From Planctomycetia bacterium (GTDB taxonomy: Bacteria > Planctomycetota > Planctomycetia > Pirellulales > UBA7805), in NCBI GenBank assembly GCA_021413585.1, contig JAIOQB010000204.1, forward strand, positions 1-61,687: a DNA stretch of 61,687 nt, in the 5' to 3' direction. Position 1 is the first letter of the stretch. Each line of letters begins with the position of its first letter. Both the position numbers and the translations under genes were made by a program. The notes under the pieces were generated by a model. It was not told where the DNA came from. It ran no database searches and worked only from the letters and a program-made list of their open reading frames with translations. Below are positions 20,322 through 31,268 of the stretch, in pieces.

Positions 20322-21500
20322 TTACGGCAGCAGATACACCAGTCCCGCCGCGGTGCCCGCTTCAAACAGCACGGCGCGGGCAGTGATCGGCAACGCCGGA
20401 ATCATGTAGGGAGCACAGTCGCCGGGGCGGTAGTAGCCCAGGTCGTAGATGCATTCGTTCGGCGTTTCCAGGCCCATGTTGTATGGGAGCATCAGGATGC
20501 TGCCGAAGAAGTGAGCCCCGGAGACGAACGGTTGCGAAAGCGGCCCGGTCGAGTGGCCATAACGCTCGGCTTGAACTTCTTCAAAGTACAGCGGCTTGTG
20601 GCAGAGGCCGGAGGCGGTCCAGACAAAATCGGTCTGCTCCCAATTGCGCCCCACGAAACCCTCCGTGGCCAGCCGGCAGTCCCGCGGCACCGGCATCCCC
20701 TTGGTGGAGCGGATGGTGATGTCCAGGTCGATGCTGGCCAGTGTCTTGCGCTTCAGCTCCGCGGCTGCCTTGCCACAGTCATAGACTTCCGCTTCATTCA
20801 TTTTGCGCGCCCCTTCGCCTGCAGACGGCAGCGGCATCGGCGGCACTTGAGTTCCTGGAGGGCCCACCGGATTGAGCGGCGCGAGCGGGCGTTCGCCTCC
20901 CGGCAGCGTCGGCTCCGCTGGGTTCAGCGCCGGAGCCGGAATCGTGGCCGGTCCCGTGGGGGGAGTGGTTGGCGGAGCGACTGCGGGGCCTGGAGCCGGG
21001 GCAGGAGCCGCCGCCGGGCCAGGAGCTGGCGCGGTAAACAGGTTATTCGGATCGTTGGGCGCCCCACCGGCGTTTTGTCGTACCGCCGGGCTGGCCGCGG
21101 CTTCCGCCGGGTCGCTCAGTTCGGGCAAGTCGGCACGGCGCGATGCTCTGCGCGGAGAAGTGAGCACGCTCTCTTGCGGAGCGTCGTCCGAGGCGGCCAC
21201 GGGGCGGACTTCGGAGTCAACTTTGTCGCCCGGCATTTTTACCGTTCGCCACTGGAGCTTGCCCAGGCGGGCCGGTTCTGTGGCGGTACGCGGCGCCGTC
21301 ATGGCCCGCAGAGGATTGTCTGAATCGTTGTTGGCGTCGGCTGCGTGGCTCGCGGCAGAAGTCGCCAGCAGTCCTCCGCAGACGATGGACGCGGCCCCGA
21401 GCGCCACGCCGCGGCGAGCGTGCCGCGCGAGCGCGTCACAGATCGCCCCCCATGTGCTCCGTGCTGTAATTTGACGCTTCCTGCGTAATGGCGATGTCAT
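20322..21500 (-). CDS. planctomycete-specific exported protein (start uncertain)
   Basis: Signal-like region, Pro-rich linker, C-terminal [18 protein letters not shown]...LPYNMG block. Confidence 0.8.
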   Translation of the reverse strand: MTSPLRRKRQITARSTWGAICDALARHARRGVALGAASIVCGGLLATSAASHAADANNDSDNPLRAMTAPRTATEPARLGKLQWRTVKMPGDKVDSEVRPVAASDDAPQESVLTSPRRASRRADLPELSDPAEAAASPAVRQNAGGAPNDPNNLFTAPAPGPAAAPAPAPGPAVAPPTTPPTGPATIPAPALNPAEPTLPGGERPLAPLNPVGPPGTQVPPMPLPSAGEGARKMNEAEVYDCGKAAAELKRKTLASIDLDITIRSTKGMPVPRDCRLATEGFVGRNWEQTDFVWTASGLCHKPLYFEEVQAERYGHSTGPLSQPFVSGAHFFGSILMLPYNMGLETPNECIYDLGYYRPGDCAPYMIPALPITARAVLFEAGTAAGLVYLLP

Positions 21501-22914
21501 GAGGATGGCTCTCCCTGACGCTGGCTGCCGAGACCTGGATAAACCGCACGTCTCGCCGCAGTTCGCTGATTGTCCGTGTGCCGCAGTATCCCATTCCCGC
21601 TCGGAGGCCCCCCACCAACTGGTAGACGAACGGTCCGAGAAATCCTTTGTATGGTACGCGCCCTTCGACCCCTTCGGGCACCAGCTTGTCTGGCCCCCTG
21701 TCAGCGCCCCGTTGGCGGTAGCGTTCGCTCGAGCCCTTGACCATGGCCCCGAGCGATCCCATGCCGCGATAAACTTTGAATGTTCTTCCTTGATACAGGA
21801 TCTGCTTGCCGGGGCTCTCTTCGAGCCCGGCGAACAGCCCGCCGATCATCACCACGTTCGCTCCAGCCGCCAGGGCTTTTGTGATGTCGCCCGAGTAGCG
21901 GATGCCGCCGTCGGCAATGATCGGTGTGTTGCTTTCCGCCGCCGCCGCCGCCGCTTCCTGAATGGCCGTGATTTGCGGCACGCCGACGCCGGAGATAATC
22001 CGCGTCGTGCAAATCGATCCCGGGCCGATGCCGATCTTCACGGCATCCGCACCGGCGGCTATCAAGTCAGTACATCCCTGCCGGGTGGCGACGTTGCCGG
22101 CCACCACGTCGATGTCCCAGCGACGCTTAATCTCCTTGACCGTTTCTATGACGTTGGCCGAATGGCCGTGGGCACTGTCGACCACCAGCACGTCGACCCC
22201 TTTTGCCAGCAGGCTTGCTGCCCGCTCGAAGTCGTGAACGCCCAAGGCGGCCCCGACCCGCAGCCTCCCTTGCCCATCTTTGCAGGCGCGGGGATACCGC
22301 TTGAGCATGTCGATGTCTTTGATGGTGATCAGCCCGGTCAGTGTGTAATCTTCGTCAACCAGCAAAAGTTTCTCGACCTTTTTTGCCATCAAAATCTTCT
22401 CAGCTTCCTCAAGCGTTACAGTCCCCGTGGCAGTGACCAGGTGCTCGCGGGTCATCACTTCGGCGATTTTGCGGTCGCTAGCTTCGAGAAACCTCAGATC
22501 GCGGCGGGTGAGGATGCCGCACAGCCGGCCGCTAGCATCGGTGATCGGCACGCCGGAAACATTCTGCTGGTCCATCACCTCGCGGGCGCGAGCAATGGTA
22601 GCATCGGGCCGCAGCGTGACTGGGTCGCTGATGATGCCGTTGGCGCTGCGCTTCACCTTGTCGACCTCGTCGGTCTGCTGCTCGATCGACATGTTCTTGT
22701 GAATGACGCCCAGTCCCCCTTCCTGGGCCAGGGCAATCGCCATGGCGCTTTCGGTGACCGTGTCCATGGGTGAACTGAGAAACGGCACGTTGAGCGTGAT
22801 GCGGCGCGTCAGGCGAGTGGTGACGTCAACTTCTGCCGGCACCACGTCGCTGTACCGCGGCTCGATCAGCACGTCGTCAAAGGTGATTCCTGCATAGAAT
22901 TTGTCGCCAGCCAT
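21436..22914 (-). CDS. guaB: IMP dehydrogenase
   Basis: [17 protein letters not shown] pair, [17 protein letters not shown] and VPEGVEG motifs. Confidence 0.98.
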   Translation of the reverse strand: MAGDKFYAGITFDDVLIEPRYSDVVPAEVDVTTRLTRRITLNVPFLSSPMDTVTESAMAIALAQEGGLGVIHKNMSIEQQTDEVDKVKRSANGIISDPVTLRPDATIARAREVMDQQNVSGVPITDASGRLCGILTRRDLRFLEASDRKIAEVMTREHLVTATGTVTLEEAEKILMAKKVEKLLLVDEDYTLTGLITIKDIDMLKRYPRACKDGQGRLRVGAALGVHDFERAASLLAKGVDVLVVDSAHGHSANVIETVKEIKRRWDIDVVAGNVATRQGCTDLIAAGADAVKIGIGPGSICTTRIISGVGVPQITAIQEAAAAAAESNTPIIADGGIRYSGDITKALAAGANVVMIGGLFAGLEESPGKQILYQGRTFKVYRGMGSLGAMVKGSSERYRQRGADRGPDKLVPEGVEGRVPYKGFLGPFVYQLVGGLRAGMGYCGTRTISELRRDVRFIQVSAASVRESHPHDIAITQEASNYSTEHMGGDL

Positions 22915-23091
22915 CGTTCGTCCTCCCATACGCCGCCGTGTAGTTAGACACAGTGCTCATAGGTACTGTGTCGCCAAAAGTTGAACCCGTCATTATTGCG
23001 GCCGAAGAGGCGGCTGGCAATGACGCCACTTTTGCGGGCGATTACACGATTGCCGGCAATTACACGAGGCCGAGGGCAATGCCAAAGAATG

Positions 23092-23150
23092 CGTGGATGC
23101 AACTACGCGCAATCGCCCACGCTACGGCTGATAGCTGACAGCCGACAGCT
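23092..23150. repeat. degenerate GTAG REP followed by GCTGATA/GCTGACA/GCCGACA heptamers
   Basis: CGTGGATGC...CCCACGCTAC, then GCTGATAGCTGACAGCCGACAGC. Confidence 0.65.
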
Positions 23151-23168
23151 TAATACTGCCAGCCTCGC

Positions 23169-24044
23169 TCAGTTATTTCCTCGCCGGCTACTGCGACGGG
23201 CGCGGCGCCCTTGTTTTTCCCGAGGGTCCAGATCGCTTTGCAGTCCCCAGTCCACTAACTCCAAAGTGCTGCGACGCACCAGACGGCCTTGGGCATCGAG
23301 TTCCTTGGTCGACGCCGCGACGATTCCGCCAGGAACATCATTCGACAATGCCGAAACGGTGGTGGACGATGTCGTGTCGGTGCTCTGCACCGTTCGGGTC
23401 ACGGCAACGGGAACCATCTGCTTGAGTATCTGTTGCGGCATGTTGACGGCCAGCACGTCGTACTGCGAGTGCAGCCGGCGTTTGCGGCCGTCGAGGCTGG
23501 TGGCCACGCATTCGCGATGCAGCACATACGGAGCGACGTCGGCAGAATAGTAGACGCGAACTTTTTTCTTTTGATCGCCGTCGACGATTTCGTACTCGCG
23601 AACCTGGCAGGCGATCGACTTTCCTTCCAGTGTGGTGTTGGCCGCGCCGAGTTCGCGAACGGTGGTGCGGTCTCCTTGGGCCTCGCCGTGGCAGCCTTGG
23701 TCGATCCGCTGAACGAGCGATTCAAAGCGCTTGCCCGCCATTTCGGTGACGACTTCCGTCTCCAGTCGCACTGAACTGGGGCGGATCGCCAACAGCGTGG
23801 TAACCTTGTTCGTAGTGGTAGTGCTGGTCACGACTCCCCTGGGATCGAGCGACTCGGTGACGACGCGGACCTCTTGCCAGGCGCCGGGTTGGAAAGTTCC
23901 CCAGCCGTCACGACGCAGCAGCACGTCCCCTGTCTCGACGGTTGCCGCCGAGAGCGCCGCCGACGTCGCCACCGACCACGTGATTGCCACGCAGCATGCC
24001 AGCACGGCGCAACAGACTTGAAATAAGGATGGACGTCGAGTCAT
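23169..24044 (-). CDS. exported hypothetical protein
   Basis: Signal peptide MTRRPSLFQVCC...; beta-rich body. Confidence 0.75.
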   Translation of the reverse strand: MTRRPSLFQVCCAVLACCVAITWSVATSAALSAATVETGDVLLRRDGWGTFQPGAWQEVRVVTESLDPRGVVTSTTTTNKVTTLLAIRPSSVRLETEVVTEMAGKRFESLVQRIDQGCHGEAQGDRTTVRELGAANTTLEGKSIACQVREYEIVDGDQKKKVRVYYSADVAPYVLHRECVATSLDGRKRRLHSQYDVLAVNMPQQILKQMVPVAVTRTVQSTDTTSSTTVSALSNDVPGGIVAASTKELDAQGRLVRRSTLELVDWGLQSDLDPREKQGRRARRSSRRGNN

Positions 24045-24334
24045 TCGTGAGGTTCGAGCAAAATCCATGCGCGATACGGGGCCATTTCCACGGCTCGTCG
24101 CACAATGTGCGGGCTTGGGAAGCCGTGCCGCAATCATACCCGATTCTGGGCCGATTGTCAGCCAGCCGGCGGTGCCGAGAAGGGCCGAATAGAGGCATAG
24201 AGGGCGAAAAAAGAAGCGCCGTTGGGAAGGGGCCAGGCGAGAGAACCGCTTGCCAAGCCGCAAAGTTGCCCCAGGTCGCACGATGTGACGCGCGGGAAAT
24301 ACGGCCGACCCTGCCGAGGTCGCTCCGCACGTTG

Positions 24335-24598
24335 TCAGTTCGCGGAAGCGTCAGCAGCCGAGGGTGGCTTCGCGGCGGGATCGACCACGGAAGCGGAGGG
24401 CTTGAAGGGGGCTTTGGCCGCGTCGCGCTGAATCTTCTCGTCGCGTGCCGCGCGAGCGTGGAAGACGCCGTCGGACTTGCCGCTGGTGTCCGTCGAGAAC
24501 ATGTGGCAACCAGTCCCTGCGCTCAAGATGGCCGCGGCCAGCACGACAACATAGCGAAACGAGCCGCGATGGTTTCTTCGTTCGTGATGCATGATCAT
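24335..24598 (-). CDS. small lipoprotein
   Basis: VVVLAAAILSAGTGC lipobox. Confidence 0.6.
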   Translation of the reverse strand: MIMHHERRNHRGSFRYVVVLAAAILSAGTGCHMFSTDTSGKSDGVFHARAARDEKIQRDAAKAPFKPSASVVDPAAKPPSAADASAN

Positions 24599-24624
24599 TT
24601 GATCCGCGCGAATATAAAAGGAGG

Positions 24625-24659
24625 CGTGGGTGCCTGCACAGCGCTCGCACCCACGCTAC
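24625..24659 (-). repeat. GTAG REP variant with enlarged loop
   Basis: CGTGGGTGC-CTGCACAGCGCTC-GCACCCACGCTAC. Confidence 0.75.
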
Positions 24660-24683
24660 AGGAAGCACCGCACTGCGAATGCT

Positions 24684-25067
24684 CTACGGCATCACCGGCT
24701 TCTGCTTGAGCCACTCGCCAACCGTCTTCGGATCCTGTGGAGAACTCATTTTCTTCTGCGGCGTGCTGCTGCTGGAGAACAAATGCTTCGGCGACAGGAA
24801 GTCGGTGGTTTTGTTCCAGGCGGTCTTGGTCCCCCCGGCGACGGAATCATAGGTCTTGCCGACCATCGATTTCTGCGCCGGTTTCTTGGTGGCGGTCTTC
24901 TTCGGGTTGCTGAACCCCGGGAAGGTCTTGGTTGACTTGGCTGGCTCCGTCTTGCTGGCAAACGGATTGAGCTTGCCCAACCACGAGTCCTCGGCAGAGC
25001 CACGGCACGGCCAGGCGACGACGGAGAGCAGAATGGCCGCGATCACGACACGACGATGAGATGACAT
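24684..25067 (-). CDS. small exported Lys-rich protein
   Basis: AAGGAG RBS, signal peptide, PKTVGEWLKQ C-terminus. Confidence 0.75.
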   Translation of the reverse strand: MSSHRRVVIAAILLSVVAWPCRGSAEDSWLGKLNPFASKTEPAKSTKTFPGFSNPKKTATKKPAQKSMVGKTYDSVAGGTKTAWNKTTDFLSPKHLFSSSSTPQKKMSSPQDPKTVGEWLKQKPVMP

Positions 25068-25422
25068 GATAGTACTCCTTGCGCAATGCGACGGATTCAA
25101 TAGGTTCGCGAAAAACCAATTGCCGAGGCCCCAACCGACGGGCCGAACAACCGACGTGGACCAGGGCGGATGATTTCCGCGAGACCACGGCGGACAAGAT
25201 AAGGTCGCGGAGTGTGCCAAAAACCACGTCGCGGGTCCAGGCGAATTCGCGCGTTTTTCGGCGTGTCTGACAGCAGGCACGCGAGCCGCGCTGCCTCGGT
25301 TGTCCCGTGCCGGGGTTTGGCGTAGCATAGTGCGGGCGGAGGACGCTGCAAAAAGCGAAATGCCCAGTCGATTAGTCGATTAAGTGGCGCAAATTGAGTG
25401 GCTTTGAACCTGGGCGAAAGCA

Positions 25423-26238
25423 ATGCTGGCTGAAAAAATCGGATTCCTGGGAGCCGGACAGATGGCCCGCGCTTTGGCGGCGGGCATCGTGCGCGCGGGG
25501 CTGGTACCCGGCGGCAACGTGCTGGCCAGCGATCCGGAACCTGCGGCGCTGGCCGAGTTTTCTCGCCAGGTCGAAGGAGCCGTCACGCTTCGTGATAACG
25601 CCCAGGTGGCCGCCGGCGCCGACGTGCTATTCCTGGCCGTCAAGCCGCAGCAGATGAAGCAATTGCTGGCCGAGTTGAAGCCGCACGTGTCGGCGGCGAA
25701 GCTGGTGGTGTCGGTGGCGGCCGGCGTGCGGCTGTCTCAGTTGGCGGCGGGGCTGATGCCAGGGACGCGGCTGGTTCGCGTCATGCCCAACACGCCTTGT
25801 TTGATTGGTTGCGGGGTGAGCGCTTATTGCCTCGGCCCGGGCGTCGGCGAGAAGGAAGGCCGGTTGGTGTCGCAACTGCTTTCCGCTGTGGGACAAGCGT
25901 ATCTGTTGGAAGAGAAATTGCTCGACGCGGTGACGGGGCTATCTGGCTCGGGCCCCGCGTTTGCTTGCGTGGTGATCGAGGCGCTCAGCGACGGCGGCGT
26001 CCGCATGGGTTTGCCCCGGGCCGTGGCCTACGCCTTGGCGCTGGAAACCGTGCGCGGGACGGCCCAGATGTTGCAGGTACAAGGCGAGCATCCCGCGGCG
26101 CTCAAGGACAAAGTTGCCAGCCCAGGCGGCACGACGATCGCCGGTTTGGCGGCGCTGGAAGAGCATGGGATTCGAGCGGCGCTGATGGCGGCAGTGGAAG
26201 CCGCCACGCTGCGGTCGATTGAATTAGGGGCGGAGTAA
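25423..26238 (+). CDS. proC: pyrroline-5-carboxylate reductase
   Basis: GFLGAGQMA, RVMPNTP, SGSGPA and ASPGGTT motifs. Confidence 0.97.
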   Translation: MLAEKIGFLGAGQMARALAAGIVRAGLVPGGNVLASDPEPAALAEFSRQVEGAVTLRDNAQVAAGADVLFLAVKPQQMKQLLAELKPHVSAAKLVVSVAAGVRLSQLAAGLMPGTRLVRVMPNTPCLIGCGVSAYCLGPGVGEKEGRLVSQLLSAVGQAYLLEEKLLDAVTGLSGSGPAFACVVIEALSDGGVRMGLPRAVAYALALETVRGTAQMLQVQGEHPAALKDKVASPGGTTIAGLAALEEHGIRAALMAAVEAATLRSIELGAE

Positions 26239-26239
26239 A

Positions 26240-26266
26240 GGTGTGAAGAGTGTGAAGGGTGTGAAA
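26240..26266. repeat. GTGTGAA nonamer array
   Basis: GGTGTGAAG-AGTGTGAAG-GGTGTGAAA immediately after the proC stop. Confidence 0.75.
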
Positions 26267-26299
26267 ACACGGTGACAGTACGAAGCTGGAGAGTGAGGC

Positions 26300-26542
26300 A
26301 TGTCTATTTTTTGCATTATCGACGACAAGCATGTACCCTTGTATCGCGTGCTGTGGATTTCCGCGCTGCCGCACTTTTGCGGCGAGGAGGATTGCGTGCG
26401 GGAGGGGCAGTATGAGATTCGGCTCGAGCAAGGGGAATCTTTGTGGGCCACCACCGCGCAGCGCGATGAGATTCTCGCCGCGCTGGAAAAGTGGCAAGGG
26501 GGCATGAGCAGCCCTGACGACGGTTGGGCAGAAGAGGAATAG
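26300..26542 (+). CDS. small conserved hypothetical protein
   Basis: Good RBS; HVPLYRVLWISALPHFCG. Confidence 0.8.
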   Translation: MSIFCIIDDKHVPLYRVLWISALPHFCGEEDCVREGQYEIRLEQGESLWATTAQRDEILAALEKWQGGMSSPDDGWAEEE

Positions 26543-26635
26543 AACTCGCAATATCTCTGCGGCCGCTTGAGCCGCAGCCGCACACAATCCATCGCGGCTT
26601 GCTCCGGCGGCCGCTGAGACGACACCAGGAATTCT

Positions 26636-27133
26636 ATGTCTACGTTTGATGACGGCGGCTATCGCTGGCGGGAGACGTATTTTGTCTTCTTTCGCTCGGC
26701 CGCTCGGCCCACGCTGGAGCAGTTTGAAAAAACTTTCGGTCGCCTGCGCAAGCAGTTTGAACTGGCGGAACTCAAGGCCAACGAAGAAGGGTTGTTCGAT
26801 TCGGCACGGATTATCGCCGCCGAGGCGAACGCCGCCATCGACGTCAGCTTTGTCGACGGGGAGGAAGTGACCGAGCAACTCAAGGCGCTGCGCAGCGAAA
26901 TCCGGCCGGTGGCCGAAGACGACGACGAGCGCAAGAAGCTCAAGCTGCTGCGCGAATGCGATGCGCGGCTGGACGTGCTGCACTTCGAACGCGTGACCGA
27001 TTTCGGCTTTGCGGACGACGAGGACGAGCCGGATGAAATGCTCGACCCGGGGGCCCTGCTGATCGTGATGGAACGGCTGGTCAAATTGTGCGACGGAGTG
27101 GGAGTGGACCCGGCATCGAGTGCAGTAATCTGA
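26636..27133 (+). CDS. acidic hypothetical protein
   Basis: AGGA RBS; coding-like codon pattern. Confidence 0.8.
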   Translation: MSTFDDGGYRWRETYFVFFRSAARPTLEQFEKTFGRLRKQFELAELKANEEGLFDSARIIAAEANAAIDVSFVDGEEVTEQLKALRSEIRPVAEDDDERKKLKLLRECDARLDVLHFERVTDFGFADDEDEPDEMLDPGALLIVMERLVKLCDGVGVDPASSAVI

Positions 27134-27140
27134 CCCCCAC

Positions 27141-27163
27141 CCTTCACACCCCGTTTTCACACC
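27141..27163. repeat. TTCACAC array
   Basis: Two units in the spacer before efpL. Confidence 0.6.
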
Positions 27164-27179
27164 TCGCTTCTCGTCTCCC

Positions 27180-27743
27180 ATGCTCGCCAAAGACATCAAG
27201 CCCGGCGCCGTGGTCACGTACGACGCGGCCCCTTGTCTGATCGAATCGGTCACCGTGCAGTCTCCTTCCGCCCGCGGAGGGAGCACGTTCTACAAGTTTC
27301 GTGGGCGTAATTTGCTCACGCGTCAGAAGGCCGACATCACGCTTCGCGGCGGCGAGTCGCTGGACGAAGCCGATTTCACCCGCCGGCCGGTCAAGCTGAT
27401 GTACTGCGACACCGCCACCTGCCACTTCCTCGATCAAGAGGACTTCAACCAGTACGAGCTGTCGAAGGACGACATGGCCCGCGAGGCAGAGTTTCTCACC
27501 GAGCGGCTCGAAGGGTTGCAGGCGATGATTTACAACGAGCGCTGCATCGGCCTGCAGCTTCCCACGTCGGTGGAACTTGTGGTTACCCAGTGCGATCCAG
27601 GCGTCCGCGGCAACTCGGCCACGTCGCGCACGAAACCGGCCACGCTGGAGACGGGGCTGGTCGTTCAAGTGCCGGAGTACCTCTCGGCCGGCGAGACCGT
27701 GAAGGTCGACACGCGCACCGGCGAATATCTGTCGCGGGCGTAG
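27180..27743 (+). CDS. efpL: elongation factor P-like protein (EfpL/YeiP type)
   Basis: Loop SPSARG (Arg tip); KPATLETG...VPEYL...KVDTRTGEYLSRA. Confidence 0.85.
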   Translation: MLAKDIKPGAVVTYDAAPCLIESVTVQSPSARGGSTFYKFRGRNLLTRQKADITLRGGESLDEADFTRRPVKLMYCDTATCHFLDQEDFNQYELSKDDMAREAEFLTERLEGLQAMIYNERCIGLQLPTSVELVVTQCDPGVRGNSATSRTKPATLETGLVVQVPEYLSAGETVKVDTRTGEYLSRA

Positions 27744-27754
27744 AGTGATCGCCG

Positions 27755-27928
27755 TTAACGGCGTTTGCCCGCGGCGGCCTTCTTCGTGGCTGCTGGGCGC
27801 TTTTTCGGCGAAGTCTTCTTCACCTTTGCCTTGCCTGCCTTGCTCTTCGCGGCGCTCTTCTTGCTGCTAAAGGCAGTTTCCCAGTTTTCTGCATACTTAG
27901 TGCTGGAGCCCGTGGTTAACATCGTCAT
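27755..27928 (-). CDS. 57-aa Lys/Ala-rich basic protein (absent from the ORF track)
   Basis: Hand translation MTMLTTGSSTKYAENWETAFSSKKSAAKSKAGKAKVKKTSPKKRPAATKKAAAGKRR*. Confidence 0.75.
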   Translation of the reverse strand: MTMLTTGSSTKYAENWETAFSSKKSAAKSKAGKAKVKKTSPKKRPAATKKAAAGKRR

Positions 27929-28044
27929 CGCGTTGTTTCCGTGAACCTGTTACTCGTGGATAAGGAAAATAAAAGAGTCTCGCCCCGCCCATTCTTCGTA
28001 GTCAAATTGGAGGGAAGGGTCAAGTACCGCGGCAACTTTAAGGT

Positions 28045-28109
28045 CACTAGCCCGAAGTGCAAGCGAGGGGGCATCGCTCTCCGTCCCTCGCTTGCGCGTC
28101 GAGCTAGTG
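28045..28109. repeat. ACTAGCCCGAAG-family inverted repeat
   Basis: CACTAGCCCGAAGTGCAAGCGAGGG ... CCCTCGCTTGCGCGTCGAGCTAGTG. Confidence 0.85.
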
Positions 28110-28125
28110 AAAGAAGAAAACCGAA

Positions 28126-29799
28126 TCAATGCCGCAACTTCTTATACCTGAACCGATGCGGCTCATCCGGCGCAATCCCAAGCCGTTCGCGCCGCTGCTG
28201 CTCGTAGGTTTGGTAATTCCCCTCGCACCAATGGACGTAGCCGTCCCCTTCAAACGCCAGAATGTGCGTTGCCAGCCGATCCAAAAACCAGCGATCGTGG
28301 CTGACCACCACCGCACAACCGGCAAAGTTTGCCACCGCCTCTTCCATCGCTCGCAGCGTGTCAACGTCCAGGTCGTTGGTGGGTTCGTCCAGCAGCAGCA
28401 CGTTGCACCCGCGCCGTAGTAGCTTGGCCAAGTGGACGCGGTTGCGTTCGCCGCCGCTGAGATCGCCGACTTTCTTCTGTTGATCCGTGCCGGTGAAATT
28501 GAACCGGGCCACGTAGGCGCGGGCATTGATCTTCCGCCCTCCCAGGTCGATCGTGTCGTGGCCGCCGGAAATTTCCTCGAACACGGTGGCATCGGGGCGG
28601 AGCGCGTCGCGATTTTGATCGACGTAGCCCAACTCGACCGTGTTGCCGATCCGAAGTGAACCGGAGTCGGGCTGTTCCTGGCCCATGAACATGCGGAACA
28701 GCGTCGTCTTGCCCGCGCCGTTCGGGCCAATGATGCCGACGATCCCACCGGCTGGCAGGCGAAATTCGAGGTTTTCCATCAACACGTTCTCGCCGTAAGC
28801 CTTGGAGAGGCCCTGGCCTTCGATCACTAGTTCTCCCAGCCGCTTGCCAGGCGGGATCTGCATTTCGAACTCGTCGGGCCGCTCTTGGAAGGCGGCTTCG
28901 GCCATCTGCTCGTACGCGCGGATGCGGGCTTTGCTCTTGGCCTGTCGTGCCCGCGGGGCCATGCGAATCCATTCCAATTCGCGGGCCAGCGTCTTTTGCC
29001 GGACGTCGTCCGCCTTTTCTTCCTCGACCAGCCGTTTGTGCTTTTGCTCCAGCCACGAGGAGTAATTCCCCTGCCAGGGGATGCCGCGCCCCCGGTCGAG
29101 TTCCAGAATCCAACCCGCCACGTTGTCGAGGAAATAGCGATCGTGCGTGACCGCCACCACCGTGCCGGTGTATTCCGCCAGATGCCGCTCCAGCCAGGCG
29201 ACGCTGTCGGCGTCGAGATGGTTGGTGGGTTCGTCGAGCAGCAGCAGATCGGGATGTTCTAGCAATATCTTGCACATCGCCACGCGCCGCCGTTCGCCAC
29301 CGGAAAGCTTCGTCACGTCGGCGTCGCCGGGCGGGAGGTTCATGGCGTCCATGGCGATCTCGATTTGCCGATCGAGTTCCCAGGCGTTTTTCAAATCGAT
29401 CTGGTCCTGCACGCGGGCTTGCTCGGCCAGCAGCTTGTCCATCTCGTCCGGTTCCATCGGCTCGCCGAGCCGCTCGTTGATCGCGTTGAAGCGGTCGAGG
29501 ATCGCCCGCGTGGCGGCCACGGATTCTTCGACATTTCCTTTGACGTCCTTGTCGGGGTTCAATCGTGGCTCTTGCGGCAGATAACCGACCGTGAAACCGT
29601 CAGTCAACCGGGCTTCCCCTTCGTATTCACTATCCATGCCGGCCATGATGCGCAGCAGCGTGCTCTTGCCCGAGCCGTTGCGCCCCAGCACGCCGATTTT
29701 CGCGCCGGGGTAAAAGGCGATCCAAACGTCCTTGAGCACTTCGCGCTTGCCGAACTTCTTGGTCAGGCCCGACATTTGGTAGATATATTGCTGTCCCAT
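28126..29799 (-). CDS. ettA: energy-dependent translational throttle (ABC-F)
   Basis: [19 protein letters not shown]; two ABC cassettes; [11 protein letters not shown]-like linker. Confidence 0.96.
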   Translation of the reverse strand: MGQQYIYQMSGLTKKFGKREVLKDVWIAFYPGAKIGVLGRNGSGKSTLLRIMAGMDSEYEGEARLTDGFTVGYLPQEPRLNPDKDVKGNVEESVAATRAILDRFNAINERLGEPMEPDEMDKLLAEQARVQDQIDLKNAWELDRQIEIAMDAMNLPPGDADVTKLSGGERRRVAMCKILLEHPDLLLLDEPTNHLDADSVAWLERHLAEYTGTVVAVTHDRYFLDNVAGWILELDRGRGIPWQGNYSSWLEQKHKRLVEEEKADDVRQKTLARELEWIRMAPRARQAKSKARIRAYEQMAEAAFQERPDEFEMQIPPGKRLGELVIEGQGLSKAYGENVLMENLEFRLPAGGIVGIIGPNGAGKTTLFRMFMGQEQPDSGSLRIGNTVELGYVDQNRDALRPDATVFEEISGGHDTIDLGGRKINARAYVARFNFTGTDQQKKVGDLSGGERNRVHLAKLLRRGCNVLLLDEPTNDLDVDTLRAMEEAVANFAGCAVVVSHDRWFLDRLATHILAFEGDGYVHWCEGNYQTYEQQRRERLGIAPDEPHRFRYKKLRH

Positions 29800-30043
29800 G
29801 CACGCTCATTTTTTCGGTTGGTGTGGTTGATCGCGGATTGGAGCCTCGCTCCAACGCGAACCCCCGACGACTTGCCGGGGGCTAAGATAGCGAGTCTATA
29901 TTATCGCGATTCGTGGTCGCTTATCACAACCGGGGGCGCGGCGCTGAAGCTGCTGCCACTTGCCGCGAAACGCACCGCATCGGACAATGCCGGCATATCG
30001 TTCTGGAATCCTTTTCCGCCAAACCATTTCCGGGGAGACGCAC

Positions 30044-30319
30044 ATGCCCAAATACATCATCGAACGCGACATTCCAGGCGCCGGCTCGCTCCCCAGCGAA
30101 GAGCTGACCGCCATCTCCCGCCACTCCTGCCAGATCCTCAAGGAACTCGGCCCGCAGATCCAATGGGTGGAGAGCTACGTCACGCCCGACAAGGTGTACT
30201 GCGTCTACATCGCACCCAGTGAAGAGCTGATCCGTCTGCACGCCTCGAAAGGGGGATTTCCGGCCAACCGCATCTCGGAAGTCAAAACGATGATCGATCC
30301 GACCACGGGCGGGGCGTGA
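30044..30319 (+). CDS. DUF4242 family protein
   Basis: MPKYIIERDIPGAG...WVESYVT.DKVYCVY.AP. Confidence 0.88.
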   Translation: MPKYIIERDIPGAGSLPSEELTAISRHSCQILKELGPQIQWVESYVTPDKVYCVYIAPSEELIRLHASKGGFPANRISEVKTMIDPTTGGA

Positions 30320-30462
30320 GGGCTTAAATAGTCGCCTGAAACGCAGCAGATCCAGCCCTCAAATATTGTTTGACAACTCCCCCCTCAGGTAGTATTCTCA
30401 TACCCAATCGCGTCCGCCGGGGGCGCTGGCGATTTTTCGCTTCATTCATGCAGGGTAGGGAC

Positions 30463-30558
30463 ATGAACGGCGTACCGAGAATTCTAATTTGGGTTGGCGT
30501 TTTGGTGGTGTTAAACGTGCTCAGCTACGTCTTCCATTGGGGCTGGATTTTGTATTGA
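30463..30558 (+). CDS. 31-aa single-TM small protein
   Basis: GGGTAGGG RBS; MNGVPRILIWVGVLVVLNVLSYVFHWGWILY; its stop overlaps the next TTG. Confidence 0.55.
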   Translation: MNGVPRILIWVGVLVVLNVLSYVFHWGWILY

Positions 30559-31199
30559 AGCCCCCAGGCGTGGAAACCTGCGCGAAGCCTTCCGATCGAC
30601 TGGCTCGCTTGGTTGACCTGGCGGCCGGGCTGAGCCTGATCAGTTGGGCCGTGCTGGGGCTGGCCATGGCCGATGCGCCGGTTCGGTGGACGGTGGTTCG
30701 GGTCTGCATCTCGGCGCTGAATCTGACAGCCGGATTGCTGCTGTTGTTGCGGCGGACGCCGGCCCAGTTCGTTCGCACCAGCGATCTTGTCGCGGCGCTG
30801 CCCTCGTTCGTGCTCGGCGGCCTGATTGTCAGGCTCTCAACCGAGCCTCCCCAAGCTCCCACGCAGGCGGGCAAAATTCTGTTTGCCATGGGCGCGATTG
30901 TGGCGCTGAGTTCACTGATGTTCCTGGGGCGATCGTTCGCCATTTTTCCGGTGGCCATGAGGCTCATCGAGCGCGGGCCCTATCGCCTGCTGCGCCATCC
31001 AGCCTACGCGGGCGAGTTGTTGATGATCGCCGGCTTGCTGATCGGGCAACCGTGGTGGCTGTTCGTGCTTGCTGGCTTGACCGCGCCCGCGGTGATGCTG
31101 CGGATCGTGGTGGAAGAGCGGCTGCTGCGAGACGGCTCGGACGGGTATGAACAATATGCGGAACGCGTGCGGTGGCGATTGTTGCCAGGAATCTGGTAG
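30555..31199 (+). CDS. isoprenylcysteine carboxyl methyltransferase/PEMT family membrane protein
   Basis: LIERGPYRLLRHPAYAG, EERLL, Y..YAERVRWRLLPGIW. Confidence 0.85.
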   Translation: MKPPGVETCAKPSDRLARLVDLAAGLSLISWAVLGLAMADAPVRWTVVRVCISALNLTAGLLLLLRRTPAQFVRTSDLVAALPSFVLGGLIVRLSTEPPQAPTQAGKILFAMGAIVALSSLMFLGRSFAIFPVAMRLIERGPYRLLRHPAYAGELLMIAGLLIGQPWWLFVLAGLTAPAVMLRIVVEERLLRDGSDGYEQYAERVRWRLLPGIW

Positions 31200-31268
31200 A
31201 CCGTCCGCCGGGAGCTTTTGAACTGCGGGGGTGCCGCACGCACCCCTGACTATTCGGCTATTCCTCGC

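Noticed and set aside
27180-27743. EfpL as a novelty
   Set aside because: Arg-tipped EF-P paralogues are an established family.
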